DNA of 64,000 nucleotides from Selaginella moellendorffii (lineage: Eukaryota; Plantae; Lycopodiophyta): NCBI RefSeq assembly GCF_000143415.4, contig NW_003314373.1:452876-516875 (forward strand), read 5' to 3'. Positions 49,801-62,020 of this stretch are shown here, piece by piece. The notes under the pieces are model-generated. The model was given only the letters and a program-made list of their open reading frames with translations, was not told where the DNA came from and did no database searches. A program made the position numbers and the translations under genes. Position 1 is the stretch's first letter; every line of letters starts with the position of its first letter.

Positions 49801-51898
49801 TTTGTGATAGTTGGCAGGAATGAATGTTGTTGGTCTTACCACATTTATTCTCTTCTGTTGATTGTTGCTCGAGTTAGTTTTGATAGATTTGGATGTTATT
49901 TCCTTTGGGTGATACATTCGCGAGCATTGTGCTTGTTAGTCAATGATACTTTGTGTTCTTTGAGTTCTCTCTAGTAAGTTGTTAACTTACTGTCTACTAT
50001 CTTCGGTAGTTAAGTTTCATCATTGAGTTTCCTTGATGATATACTAGCTATGGATGGTCATTCCTGTGTTTGCCAAATTATGATGATCTTGGTGGTTCCT
50101 GCACTATTATACTGATTTATCAAATGATAACTTTCTTGGAATACTTTTGTGTTCTAATCTAAGATATATTCACTGATAGTTAAGTCTCTAAGATATCATT
50201 GTTTATGACTTTGATATTGTCCATCTATTGATCTTTGAGTTTGGGCCAATATAGGCAGACTGGCTTCGGCACTTCGTGTGCATGGTGAAATCTCTAGTCA
50301 TGGGGTAGCTACTATCGACTGGTCACATAACCCGCCTCTCTGTCGATGTTCCTTATTCCGTTAAAAGGGCGTGACCGTGTAAACAACTCTAACTGCCTGT
50401 TTACAGTAGTCTATCTAAACCTTACCGACGGGTTTGGTTTCTTTGCTCATGAGGGTTGGGGCCTCTGGCTTCTCTCTCTATGTCTCTGCGGGCAGGGCAT
50501 ATCACACTTTTGTAAGCTGGGTGACTCCCAGAGCACCAAGGGTGGCTGACTCCGTTAGTCATTTCTTTGTCGGCGACGGCCGGAAGGTGTCTGAGTTGGT
50601 AGCGCATCCGCGTTAGACAAAGAGGTTACCCCTAACTCATTTAAGTTGGTGCATTTCTCACATAGTGTGAGTACTGTGAACTTTTTCTTGAGTTGTTTCC
50701 TTGGCGGTATTCTAGAGTTGAGTATGCATCGACGAGGACGTCGATCTTCCCTAGGGGGGGAGAGTGTCACGCATGTGACTTCGGGTATCGAAAATTACTT
50801 GTCAACCAGTCCTTGCAGACACTTTTACCTTACTGCCACGATGGCAGGAGGTCGGTATTGCTGGTTCCTTTTATCAGCCCCTCTTGTTCAAGTGTTAGTT
50901 TACTGGGCTTAGCACCTGTACTTAGCCAGATGGACATAAGGTAGGAACTCCTATGTGTTTCTAGCTGAGCATACTCGGCCTAGCTCTTAGTTCTCTTTTG
51001 CTCTGTCTTGCACTGGCTTGACAAGAACCCTCGCGTATTGAGATTGGTCCCTCAATATCGCCGGATGATAGCTTACCATGTTTGCCAAACACCCTCGCTA
51101 TCATGCCCTTTGTGTTAATCTCAATTCAGTCCCAAATGCTATTTATGGAAAGTGTCCAGATTTGCTCATTTGGCATATCTACGGAATGTAGAGATTGTCC
51201 TGAACACAATGGTGTTCGTCCCGTGTCCAAATTTGCAATCTAAGGACATTCCATATTTAGTAAGTTTCAAATTTGTCCCAAAGACTAACTCCTGATACTA
51301 AGGGAGGCTTGGGGTGAAAGCCCAAAACTTGTGTTCCTCAAGGGGAGGGGGGGGATGTGGGGGGTTCCAAATGTATAGTAGGGATAGTGGGTAGGTCGGG
51401 TATGGCCGACCAACCTAAGGCATAGTCTAGCTCCCGCTTGCGTGCCTATCCTTGTTCTGCGTCCGGCTTGGGTCTAAGCCCAAGTTCCATTCCATGCTAG
51501 TTGGTGGAGTACCCATATCCTCACGTTAGGCCACCGGTATGCCGAAATAGCGCCAGACTCCATTTGGCTCCGTTTTGCGTGCTGGTCCTGGCATTGGGAT
51601 GCTGGTTGCTCCAAGACTGTTCCAAGTCGCTCCGGGCTCCTGTCCCTTCGCTCCTTGGGCTTTATGCTCGGGAGTTGCTCCGTGGTTTGGTTCCGACACT
51701 CCTTGGCTCCATGCTTGGGAGTTTGGCACCGTTCTATCATTCAGTGGCCCAAGGCCCTGAACCTCGGGTTCCTATGGACACGTGGCATGTGACACGTGGC
51801 ATCTGTCACGTGGCACAAAGAGGGTTTAGGTTCCGCTTCGTGGTGTTATCCTATGGTAAATCACCATAGGATAAAGGGTCAAAACCACATGCGCTACA
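42968..51898 (+). mobile_element. Non-autonomous LTR element, family C; LTRs 42968-44103 and 50765-51898
   Basis: Highly similar ~1.13 kb LTRs (TGTC...TACA), perfect TSD CTATG (42963-67 / 51899-903), PBS-like TGGCATTAGAG at ~44106, PPT AGGGGGGGAGAG before 50765. T/G-rich interior with no recognisable intact ORF. Confidence 0.92.
46260..47923 (+). mobile_element. Solo LTR, family B, inside element C
   Basis: Matches 11938-13710. Perfect TSD ACTTG (46255-59 / 47924-28). Confidence 0.93.
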
Positions 51899-54052
51899 CT
51901 ATGTGGCAGTTTTCCATCATCACTAACAAACACAACAGCAACATCATTTGTCTCTGGAGCATTATAGTGTCGTGGATCAGTTTCTTTAGTTTTTAATAAC
52001 ATATAAATACCACGTATAGGATAACCTGAAAGTGTAGCAGAACAAATTTTTTCTTGTTCCATTTTATACATCATTTTGAAAGCTTGAGCATATGGGTTAA
52101 CATGACGAAGGAGAGCATCACAATGTTTAAATAAGTTTATCTCACAGCTTGAATTAAAAGGGTTTTGCTTTCTGATATTTGTAGCTTCTAGAGTATCAAG
52201 CATATAAAGTTGTCCATAAGTTCGATATTGACCTTCAGAAGGATGTGCTGAAACAATATTATGATATATTTGACCATGGATTTTAAAGCAATAAGGACCA
52301 TGACCTTTTACAATATCAATATTAGAAGACATAGATACAAAAGCAAGAGCACTATTGTAGTGTTTAATATTTGTTTTAAAATTAGAGTTCTTATTTTGCT
52401 TGTAAAGTGAAAGTAAATCAAATGGTAAAGGTGAAATTGGAGGTAATATAACTTGGTTATTCTAGCAACACATTGAAGAGTTTTCATCTTTAAAATACAA
52501 TGCATTAGAAAAAAGTACAAACAAATGTTAAACTACCAATATTGTTAAAGTCATTATAAATGCTATGGCTTGCTAGTGTGGTATTCATAGGTGGGTGTGG
52601 TGGATTTAATATTGCTTGATATATGTAATTGTCATAATTACATAGGTTCCAGATGCTTCTGAGTGTCCAACTGATTGCTATATATAATCATTATCATGAT
52701 TAATATTTTGGTGTATAGAATCATTATCATGATTATTTTGAACAACTATAGTATGTGTATCATAATCAATCATAGTTTCAGAGGCATCTAAATCTCCATT
52801 AGATTGTTTACTATGTCGTATGGTTCTCAAAAGATGGTGGAGGCAAGGCATTTTCAGTCACTTTGATTATATTTTTGATTATATATATATTTTTTTAATT
52901 GAGTTTGTATAAAAGTTTATGCAGAATAGAAATGCAGACTACAGTTGGATATATATAAATTTCACAACTATGTAATGATCTGAAAGGAAAATATTAGACT
53001 TTTGCGAAGCACACTCAAGAACAACAAAATAACTCCAATATTGTGTTTACCAATCTCTACCTCATAACCCACAGCTTTGCAATTTTGAGCTGCAGCCACA
53101 AGTGCTGCTCCTATGCCAGCATCAGGTTACCTGGCACAGCATCCCAGCACAGCATCGTTGAGACCGGCCCTCAAACTCTTGGAAACTGGAACTAAATTTT
53201 AGATTCGACAGAAGCAGTATCGGACAGAAAAAAAATCTCATCATAGAATACAAAGATATTCAAACTTACAACTTACCTCGATCTAAAAACGAAGCTAAAC
53301 CAGGTGATGCTTGCGGTGGCACTTGCTACTTCTCCTTCTCTTTCAAGGAAAAGGATTTCCAAAACTTTAGGAGCAGTGCTAGCTGGCGCAGCCACTCAAC
53401 AGCCCTACGTCAACTTGAAACACCTGGTTCCTACAAACGGAGTTGATCCCGAGCATGTGCTGAAATAAAAATCCCTCACAGGCCCAGCAGCAAGGATTCC
53501 TCGAGAGAATCCAGGGATGAAGAGGGAGTGTCCTTGATAATTGCTTTCCTGTAGGCCAAAGAGCTCATGAGGTAGTGGCGAATAAGGATCAAAGCTTTGC
53601 TGACTTGGAAATGAGCCAATTTGCCTCTCACAGTCCTGAGTTGATCCTGAGAAGAGCCTGGATTGTGTGCCCGACTACCATTCTACTCGCCCCTGCTACT
53701 TACCAGGCACAGGCTCTCACGAAAAATGCCCACACAACCGTGTCTGACCAGAGCAGCCATGGAGCCCTAGGAGTGCATGGCATAACACTTGTCACCATGC
53801 CCTCTTCCCTTCCCGGCCACACGTGCATCCCGCCCATTGGCCACCACAACATTGAGCCGATATTCCCGCTAACCATGGCCACCGGCCCTGGCCCGAGCCT
53901 GGGCTGGCCTCCCCTTGCCGAGAACCATGGCTTCCGAGGCTGCCCCGGGCCTGGGATTGGACGGCTGCAGGGGTGTGGGTTCTTCGTTCTTATTGTAAGA
54001 TATAGTTTTTGATGAAAAGTTTTTAAAGCGCTGATTTTAGGGTTCTTGAGCT

Positions 54053-54935
54053 ATGGAGCGACGATGCTTCACAGGCGCTGGACTTCTTCCGGGTACAGCG
54101 CATCGCGCGATTTTCTCTTTCGCGAGCTTGGAAATGTCAATCCAGGGGCGTTTGTGGCAGATTTTGGACACGCAATGGCTCCTGGCACTGAGGAATTTGT
54201 CAATGGAGGATCTTCTTCTCCTTCCATCGCATATGAGAGTCCCTTCGGTCCTTTGTTTCTCGTGCATTGACGGCGGGGATGGAAGGCCTTAGGATTGCTG
54301 GCCCAAGACGCTCCAGGATTTGCTCTCTCGAGAGGTGAAGGAGACCTCAAAGGTAATTCTTTTCGCAAAACCTTGTCATTGACAATGTTTCTTAGCTTCT
54401 CTCAGGAAGTGTTTTAACGCATGGCGTGAACGCCAGGAAACCATGAGGTATGCATCTCCTTCAATCCATCGATCGTTTTTGAGAAAACTCGCGTTTAGAT
54501 TCTTTCCAGATTGAAGGACTTTCTTCGTTGGTGGTAAACGCGTCGAACGATACTAGCCATTCTTGTCAACCGTTTCAAAGCATCGTGCCACACAAAACCG
54601 CAACCTTTCTCGGCGACGAGGACGTGTAGCTGGATGCATTCTTGTCGTCCATTAGAATTCGCGAGCAACGTAAGCCATGACTGCATGCCTGTGGAGATCT
54701 CTTGGCGAACATGTTGAGGTGAGGAGCGTAAGTTCTTGAAACACTGGGGCAGGACCTCTGTAAATCGCCAGGACGTCACGGCGGTGATCTCTGTTTGGTG
54801 TTGCTAGAATTTGTTATCCGAGAACGACGACGGTGCGAGCAAGTGTGGCTTCCCTTTGAGCAGAGGCATGAAGAGATTGAACTTGCGTCTCGGTGGAGCT
54901 GGACGTGATCTTGTGATACAATCTCAATGCCGTTA
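54053..54935 (+). pseudogene. Degenerate METTL25-like methyltransferase copy (paralogue of 32848-33750)
   Basis: Colinear with the unit-1 pseudogene. A shorter fragment lies at ~57337-57510. Confidence 0.8.
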
Positions 54936-55327
54936 TTTTGTTCCTTCGTTCCTTTGTGCCGATCCCCGAGGAAGTGGAATTTTTTAAAAATGCTTGGCTT
55001 CTTTTGATTCTTTTTCAGCTCCGAAGTCAAGAAGAAAACCTATTGCTCTTCCTAATTGTGTGACTTCTCGTGGAATCGATGGTGTATCTGGGGAAGATTA
55101 AGGAGCTTCTACTTCCTGAAGTTTTATATTAACAAGAATACCCCTCGGGATTTAGTGTTCCAAACCCAGTTTGAATCGAGAGGATCTATAAATCAAAACA
55201 TTTTGGTTCAAAGGACCTTTTATTCATGTTTTTGTGGAATCGTTAAAAATACTATAGGAACTTTCAGAAGAACCTACATAGAGCCACAGCGACTTGCTAT
55301 TTATTAATCACAAGAAAGAAGTCAAAA

Positions 55328-57078
55328 TCAAGCATACTGAATGGAAGCCCCCTTGAATGTGAAGCCAGTCTGTCCGGTCGGCACCAGAGTCACAACGAGC
55401 TTGTCCGCTGACTTTAGGCCCAGGATCTCGACATTAGCCTTGATAGAGAAGGTGATGTTCACGATCTCGGTGTGCTCACCGCTCTTGAGAATGAAGTGGG
55501 GGACGTTGGAATAAGAGCCCACGTACTCGGCACAGCTGACGCGCGTGTTCTTGTTGGCCTCGGGCAGGTTGATGAACGCGTTGAAGCTCATGGGTAATTG
55601 CATGTCAATCTCCATGCCCTCCAGCACCAGGATCTCGTCACAAGCGCTGCCTTTGGGCTGATCCACCGTGATTGTCACCGGCTCCGTTCGAACTTCCAAG
55701 GCCTCCGGGTTCTCAGCTGATGCTTTCACCAGCCGATACTCATACGACGATCCACTCCAGGGCGTCTGTTTCAGTGGCTTGGGCTCGTAGGCGATCCAGC
55801 TCTTGTCGTCAGGCATCGCCTGGTACTTGTACTTGAGCATCTTCTCGTTGTTGAGGGAATCTTTCACCTTGACGCGAACGAGATCTTGGTTCTCGTCAAA
55901 GAAGAGGAACTCGGTGTTGAGGTAGTCCGGGTCTGTGAAGTCCTTGTTTCCCAGAGACCTCCACACGTCCCACATCCGATCGACGTTACCGTGGTGGCAG
56001 TAGAAGAGAGGGTCTCTACCGGCCGAGTAGAAGTTGCCCATGTCCTCGTAACCCGGCTCCTTGGGGCTGCCGCAAAATATGTGCAGAGCATTATGTGGCG
56101 CCCTCTCCACGCCCCCTGGGCCATTCACGCTGCTGCTGCCTTTCCTGCAAGTATATATGGCTGCTAAAATGGAAGCGCATGGGAATGCACGTACCTGATG
56201 GGGTAGCCAAAGAACGCGTCCGGCTGCTTCACCTTTGCGACGTTGTTGTACATGATTGAGAGGTTGTCCTCGCGGATCTGCTCGTCGCTCTTCCCATCAG
56301 AGCCGGAGTAGATGAGGTCCACCCGTGTGTCATAGTGACTCGTGTCGCGCTTTTTGTCGTAGAGGGCGATCTCGCGGCGAAACATGTCTGGGATATACCT
56401 CCCGCCCTCCTGGTCCCAGCTCCAGAATGGGAGCGCAAAACTAGGATCCCCGATCAGGCTCCCCAAGATCTTCTCGTGGAAGTAGAGATACCAGCGGTGC
56501 CACGGCAGGAAGAGCCAGTTGAAGTGGATCTGGAGCGTCTGCTTTGGGGCGCCCTCCTGGCGGTAGCCATAGTTGCAGTAGGCGCAGTGGACTTTGGCCT
56601 GATGACGTAAGCTGCGCGGGTCGCCCCGGCTGAGGGCGCGCATCTTGGCGTAGGCCTCGTTGTACTTGGCGATGTAGTCCTTGTCGACGAGGTGGGCAGC
56701 GGGGCGGACGCGCATCGGGCCTGAGTCGGGCTTGAAGTCGATGGTGGCGCGCTTGGGCTGTGGGGGGCAGCACCGCCGGTTGATGTCGTCGCTGATGGTG
56801 GCGCGGTGGCAGTGCTTGAACGAGGGCAGTCCTAGCGGATCCGCCAGCGCGGGGCTGTCGACTGATGGGGCGAGAGACGCACCACCGGCAATGGCCCCGG
56901 CCAGGAGCTCGCGGCGATCGATCGAGGGCGTCACAGGGGAGGAGTTAGAGTTACACGCATTGGCTTCTTTCCTGGCGTTGGCGGCGATCTTGAGCGGACG
57001 CGTGCGGGACGGGCGCTGGAGCTCGAGGCGATCGATCGACAGTGCCACCATCCCAGACATGCTCGGTAGCGAATACAT
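55328..57078 (-). CDS. PPO: Polyphenol oxidase copy 3 (566 aa; intron 56145-56194)
   Basis: All six copper-ligand His are present (HCAYC, LQIH, PWH, HNALH, CHHGN). Exon lengths 884+817 nt keep frame. Confidence 0.95.
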
Positions 57079-57680
57079 TGTCAAAGAAGGCAGCTATACA
57101 ACACATAGCAGTTGATACTTGCTTTTATAGGGGCGCTCTTGCATGGATCTCGTGTGTAATGTGAACACTTCCGGATTTTTCTGCTAGGGGAGTTGACACT
57201 GGAGCTTTTGACACATGCATGCACGAGCGATTGAATTTAATAAACCAATTATTAAGTATCATTGTTAGTCAAGTGGGACACTACAAGTGTCCAACTTGAT
57301 TAACATCACTTAGTCACTTAAAATGATATTTTATAATGGCTCCTGGCACTGAGGAATTTGTCAATGGAGGACTTCTTCTCTTTCCATCGCATATGAGAGT
57401 CCCTTAGATCCTTTGTTTCTCGTGCATTGACGGTTGGGATGGAAGGCTTTAGGATTGCTGGCCCAAGACGCTCCAGGATTTGGAGATGCACATTTTTCTC
57501 GAGAGCTCAAAGTTTGAATATCCAAGTTTTATCGAGAGAATCTATATAAACATTTTGGTTCAAAGAACCTTTTATTCATGTTTTGATTTGTTTTTGTGGA
57601 ATCGTTAAAAATACTATAGGAACTTTCAGAAGAACCTACGCAGCAACTTGCTATTTATTAATCACAAGAAAGAAGTCGAA

Positions 57681-59354
57681 ATGAAGCATACTGAATGAAA
57701 GCCCCATTGAATGTGAAGCCACCCTCTCCAGTCGGTCACAACGAGCTTGTTAGGCCCAGGATCTCCACATTAGCCTTGATAGAGAAGGTGGCGTTCACGA
57801 TCTCGGTGTGCCCCTTACCGATGTCGGACATGAAGTGGGGAACGTTGGAATAAGTGCCCACGTACTCGGCACAGCTGACGCGCGTGTTCTTGTTAGCCTC
57901 GGGCAGGTTGATGAACGCGTTGAAGCTGATGGCGGATCGCATGTCAATCTCCATGTCCTCCAGCACCAGGATCTCGTCAGAACCGCTGCCTTTGGGCTGA
58001 TCCACCGTGATCGTCACCGGCTCCGCTTCAACTTTCAAGGCCTCGGGGTTCTCAGCTGACGCTTTCACCAGCCGGTACTCATATGACGATCCACTCCAGG
58101 GCGTCTGTTTCAGTGGCTTGGGCTCGTAGGCGGTCCAGCTCTTGTCGTCAGGCATCGCCTGGTACTTGTACTTGAGCATCTTCTCGTTGTTGAGGGAATC
58201 TTTCACCTTGACGCGAACGAGATCTTGGTTCTCGTCAAAGAAGAGGAACTCGGTGTTGAGGTAGTCCGAGTCTGTGAAGTCCTTGTTTCTCAGGGACCTC
58301 CACACGTCCCACATCCGATCGACGTTACCGTGGTGGCTGTAGAAGAGAGGGTCTCTACCGGCCGAGTCACCGCTGGTATCTCTACTTCCACGAGAAGATC
58401 TTGGGGAGCCTGATCGGGGATCCTAGTTTTGCGCTCCCATTCTGGAGCTGGGACCAGGAGGGCGGGAGGTACATCCCAGACATGTTTCGCCGCGAGACCG
58501 CCCTCTACGACGCAAAGCGCAACACGAGTCACTATGAGCCCACACGGGTGGACCTCATCTACTCGCCCGGCTCTGATGTCAAGAGCGACAAGCAGATCCG
58601 CGAGGACAACCTCTCAGTCATGTACAACAACGTCGCAAAGGTGAAGCAGCCGGACGCATTCTTTGGCGTCAGGTACGTGCATTCCCATGCATGCGCTCCA
58701 TTTTAGCAGCCATATATACTTGCAGGAAAGGCAGCGGCAGCAAGAATGGCCCAGGGGGCGTGGAGAGGGCGCCACATAATGCAGCCCTGACCAGCCGAAT
58801 TTCGAGGACATGGGCAACTTTTGGGGCGCCCTCCTGGCGGTAGCCATAGTTGCAGTAGACGCAGTGGACGTTGGCCTGCTGCCGGAAGCTGCGCGGGTCG
58901 TCCGGGCCGAGGGCGCGCATCTTGGCGTAGGCCTCGTTGTACTTGGCGATGTAGTCCTTGTCGACGAGGTGGGCGGCGGGGCGGACGCGCATCGGGCGCG
59001 AGTCGGGCTTGAAATCGATGGTGGCGCGCTTGGGCTTTGGCGGGCAGCACGCCCCGCTGATGTCGCCGCTGATGATGGCGGGCTGGCAGCGCTTGAATGT
59101 GGGCAGTCCTATCGGATCCGCCAGCCGGGGCTGTCGACTGACGAGGCGAGAGACGCGCCACCGGCAATGGCCCCGGCCAGGAGCTCGCGGCGATCGATCG
59201 AGGGCGTCACAGGGGAGGAGTTAGAGTTACATGCATTGGCTTCTTTCCTGGCGTTGGCGGCGATCTTGAGCAGACGCGTGCGGGACGGGTGCTGGAGCTC
59301 GAGGCGATCGATCGACAGTACCACCATCCCAGGCGTGCTCGGTAGCGAATACAT
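57681..59354 (-). pseudogene. PPO: Polyphenol oxidase copy 4 pseudogene with internal inversion 58368-~58820
   Basis: Frameshift after the transit peptide, central segment reads on the + strand (ORF 58401-58706), ~45 nt loss including the LQIH CuA His, and a 3' deletion. Confidence 0.92.
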
Positions 59355-59980
59355 TGTCAAAGGAGGCAGCTATACAACACACAAGAGTTGATACTTGGTT
59401 TTAAAGGGGCGCTCTTGCGATGGCTCTCGTGTCTAATGTGGACGTTGCAACTCATACCCAAGCTTGGATGACTTTGCTGGCTCCGCAGCATTATTGTGGA
59501 CCTGATCCATTCATTCATATGCTGTTTACAAGGTACTACGCGCGCCCGCCCCCCCAATGAAGCATGAATCCGACCGGTTTAGGAAAGTTGCATGGATAAT
59601 GTCCGTCGACCTTCTTGCTTCAATGGCGTCCACGTCTTCGGCCCGCCACCTTTTTCCGGTGTCCGTCTTATGTGATCTGGTCCTCAGCTGTCAGTCACGG
59701 ACTCATAAATAGCTCTTCTACAAACATTTTTTTCATTTAATTGAAGACTCAGCTCCTGACATACGGCGTGAAACACCAACGAAAATAGAGCCCCAACAAT
59801 GTCCACATAGAAATATGAGAATTCGAATTGCTGTAAAAGAACATGTAAAGTTTGATCTTGGCATTGCTTCAAGAGACAGCCAATTCATCAAAACAAACAT
59901 GCTGATACACCTAGTGAAGAATAAACATACTAAAACAATATCAAATTTTTTAAAGCCCTGATTTTAGGGTTTTTGAGCTT

Positions 59981-62020
59981 ATGGAGTGGGAGGAAGAGAG
60001 GATAGTGGCGCATCTGGAGGTGCTCGTCGCATTTCTGCGTCGCCACGAGCGCCTGTGGAGAGCGCACGTCGTGGAATTCTTCCAGGTATGGCGCATTGCG
60101 CGACTTTCCCATTTGCGAGCTTAGAAATTTATGCCAATGCAGGGGCGTTTGTGGGAGATTCTGGACACGCGATGGCTCCTGGCGCTGAGGAGTGCGTCGA
60201 TGGAGGATCTTCTTCTCCTTCCATCGCATATTTCCAAGGTGAGAGAGAGAAACTCTCGATTCTTTGTTTCTCGCGCATTAATGGATGGCAAGGAATTGTG
60301 GCTTTAGGATTGCTGGCCCAAGACGCTCCAGGATTTTCTTGCAGACGCGCGCTCGCTCTCTCTTTCTCGAGAGCTGATGGAGACCTCAAAGGTATTTCCC
60401 TTCACAAAACCTTGTCATTCACAACGTTTCTTAGCTTCTCTCAGGCGAATCGCTTCCAAGTGTTATAACGCAGGGCGTGAACGCCAAAAAACTCCACGAG
60501 GTATGTCACTCCTCTCCATCGATCGTCTTTGAGAAGACCCGCGTTTAGATTCTTTCCAGATTGAAAGACTTTCTTCGTTGATAGTAAACATCTCTCGCGT
60601 TGTCAACGCTACAGAAATCGTGGACGTCGGTGCTGGCCAGGTAAACATCCATCATTCTCCGGTGTATCATTCACGGGCATTTTGTTTCTTCCTAGGGGTA
60701 TCTTGCGCAAGTCTTGGCGTTCCACCACAAACTTCCAGTAGTCGCAGTAGATTGCTCGGCGCACAACACAACCGTGACAAACAAACGCGCCGACCGCATC
60801 CAAAGATACTACGCTTCTCGCTCCGGTAAGCTTGAGTTGGTGCCATTCTTGTCAACCGTTTCAAAGCATCGTGCTACACACAGGTCGTGCTGCAAACCCG
60901 GGCCCCAAGACCGCAACCTGTCTCCTTGGATCGGGCAACGAGAATGTGTCGCTGGATGCATTCCTGTCGTCCATCAGCATCCGCAAGGAAGACGAGCAAC
61001 GTAGCCACGAACAACACTCCATTGTCTTGGCCGGACTGCATGCCTGTGGAGATCTCTCGGCGAACATGTTGAGGTGAGGAGCTCGTGCTCGTCCGTAAGT
61101 TTGTCACTCTGTAAACTCTGGGTGTGTTGGCAGGACCTTTGTGAATCGCCAGGACGTCACGGCAGTAATCTCTGTTGGGTGTTGCTACAATTTGTTGTCC
61201 GAGAACGACGACAAGTGTGGCTTCCCTTTGAGCAGAGGCATGAAGAGATTGAACTTGCGTCTCGGTGGAGCTGGACGTGATCTTGGATGCCAGGTGATCA
61301 GTCCCTTGACTTCCCTGTAAAAAGCTAACAATGGATACTTGTAGAGTGCTCACCGCTGGAAAGATATTGGTTGCGAGATGGCCGTGGCAAACTTCGACGT
61401 GCATGCATTCCGGGCTGCTTTTCAGATCGTGAGTGATCTTAATCCGCTCGTTTCTCCTGGTTTACAAACTGGTGGCGTGCGCAGCTCCTCCATCGCTTTT
61501 ACCCCGGCATTGCCGTCACCAGTCCTTCGGTCGGTCGCATCGGCAAAGCAAAGCGTCGCAAGCAAATGCGAAAGCCAAGCTCTGAGTGCCAAGCATGCCA
61601 CGGGAAAGGTGGCGACGACGCTGGAAAATTCGTGGCGTTCCAGCACTACTCCGCCGAGGCTCTCAAACGACTTGGCCTTCCCGAGGTCTCGCGGGAGGAC
61701 TTGGCTGAGATCTGGAAAGAAGTGGAGCCGTTTCAGGTACGCGAGCTTTCTTGGCAGTGGTAGTACTTTACCTCTCGGTTTCAATGCAGGCACTTGTTGC
61801 TCCTTTCTGGTCGTTGAGAAGCGCCATAGCTCCGGTGCTGGAGACGTTGCTACTGATGGACAGGCTGCTCTATCTCAAAGAACAGGAAAGTGAAGTTCCG
61901 TCTTTCAGCGCCATGCTGCTGCCGGTGTTCGACCCTTCTGTATCGCCGCGTAACATGGCAGTTGTTGCTACGAGGAGAAAATCCGGAGACAAAACTAGTA
62001 GTGAGAGCCTGCTTGGCTGA
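59981..62020 (+). CDS. METTL25/RRNAD1-like SAM-dependent methyltransferase (Methyltransf_32-type), multi-exon
   Basis: Spliced pieces give IVDVGAGQ|GYLAQVLAF, IVLAGLHACGDLSANMLR, VISVGCCYNLL, GRDLGCQ, APVLETLLLMDRLLYLKE, PVFDPSVSPRNMAVVA. Not every exon phase was checked. Confidence 0.85.

Larger units (their letters stand above)
39551..53992 (-). mobile_element. Helitron (decayed Rep/PIF1-helicase), interrupted by LTR element C
   Basis: Minus-strand fragments: GPYCFKIHGQIYH...YGQLY (51904-52332), KPDLFITFTCNPKWPEI, IEFQKRGLPH, WVVPYN, GGTGKTF, LLWDEISM, TISKCQGQTF...FTHGQLYVALS. Comparison with the empty site at ~32775-32790 places the insertion at A|T with no TSD. Hairpin CCCAGCA-AA-TGCTGGG lies 10 nt from the 3' end. 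The 5' end is non-canonical. Confidence 0.85.

Noticed and set aside
5315-62020. Phenolic biosynthetic gene cluster (DAHP synthase + PPOs + methyltransferase + glycosyltransferase + hydrolase)
   Set aside because: GT34 is a cell-wall enzyme, the METTL25-like protein is not a plant small-molecule O-methyltransferase, DAHP synthase is ~27 kb from the PPOs, and there is no co-expression evidence.
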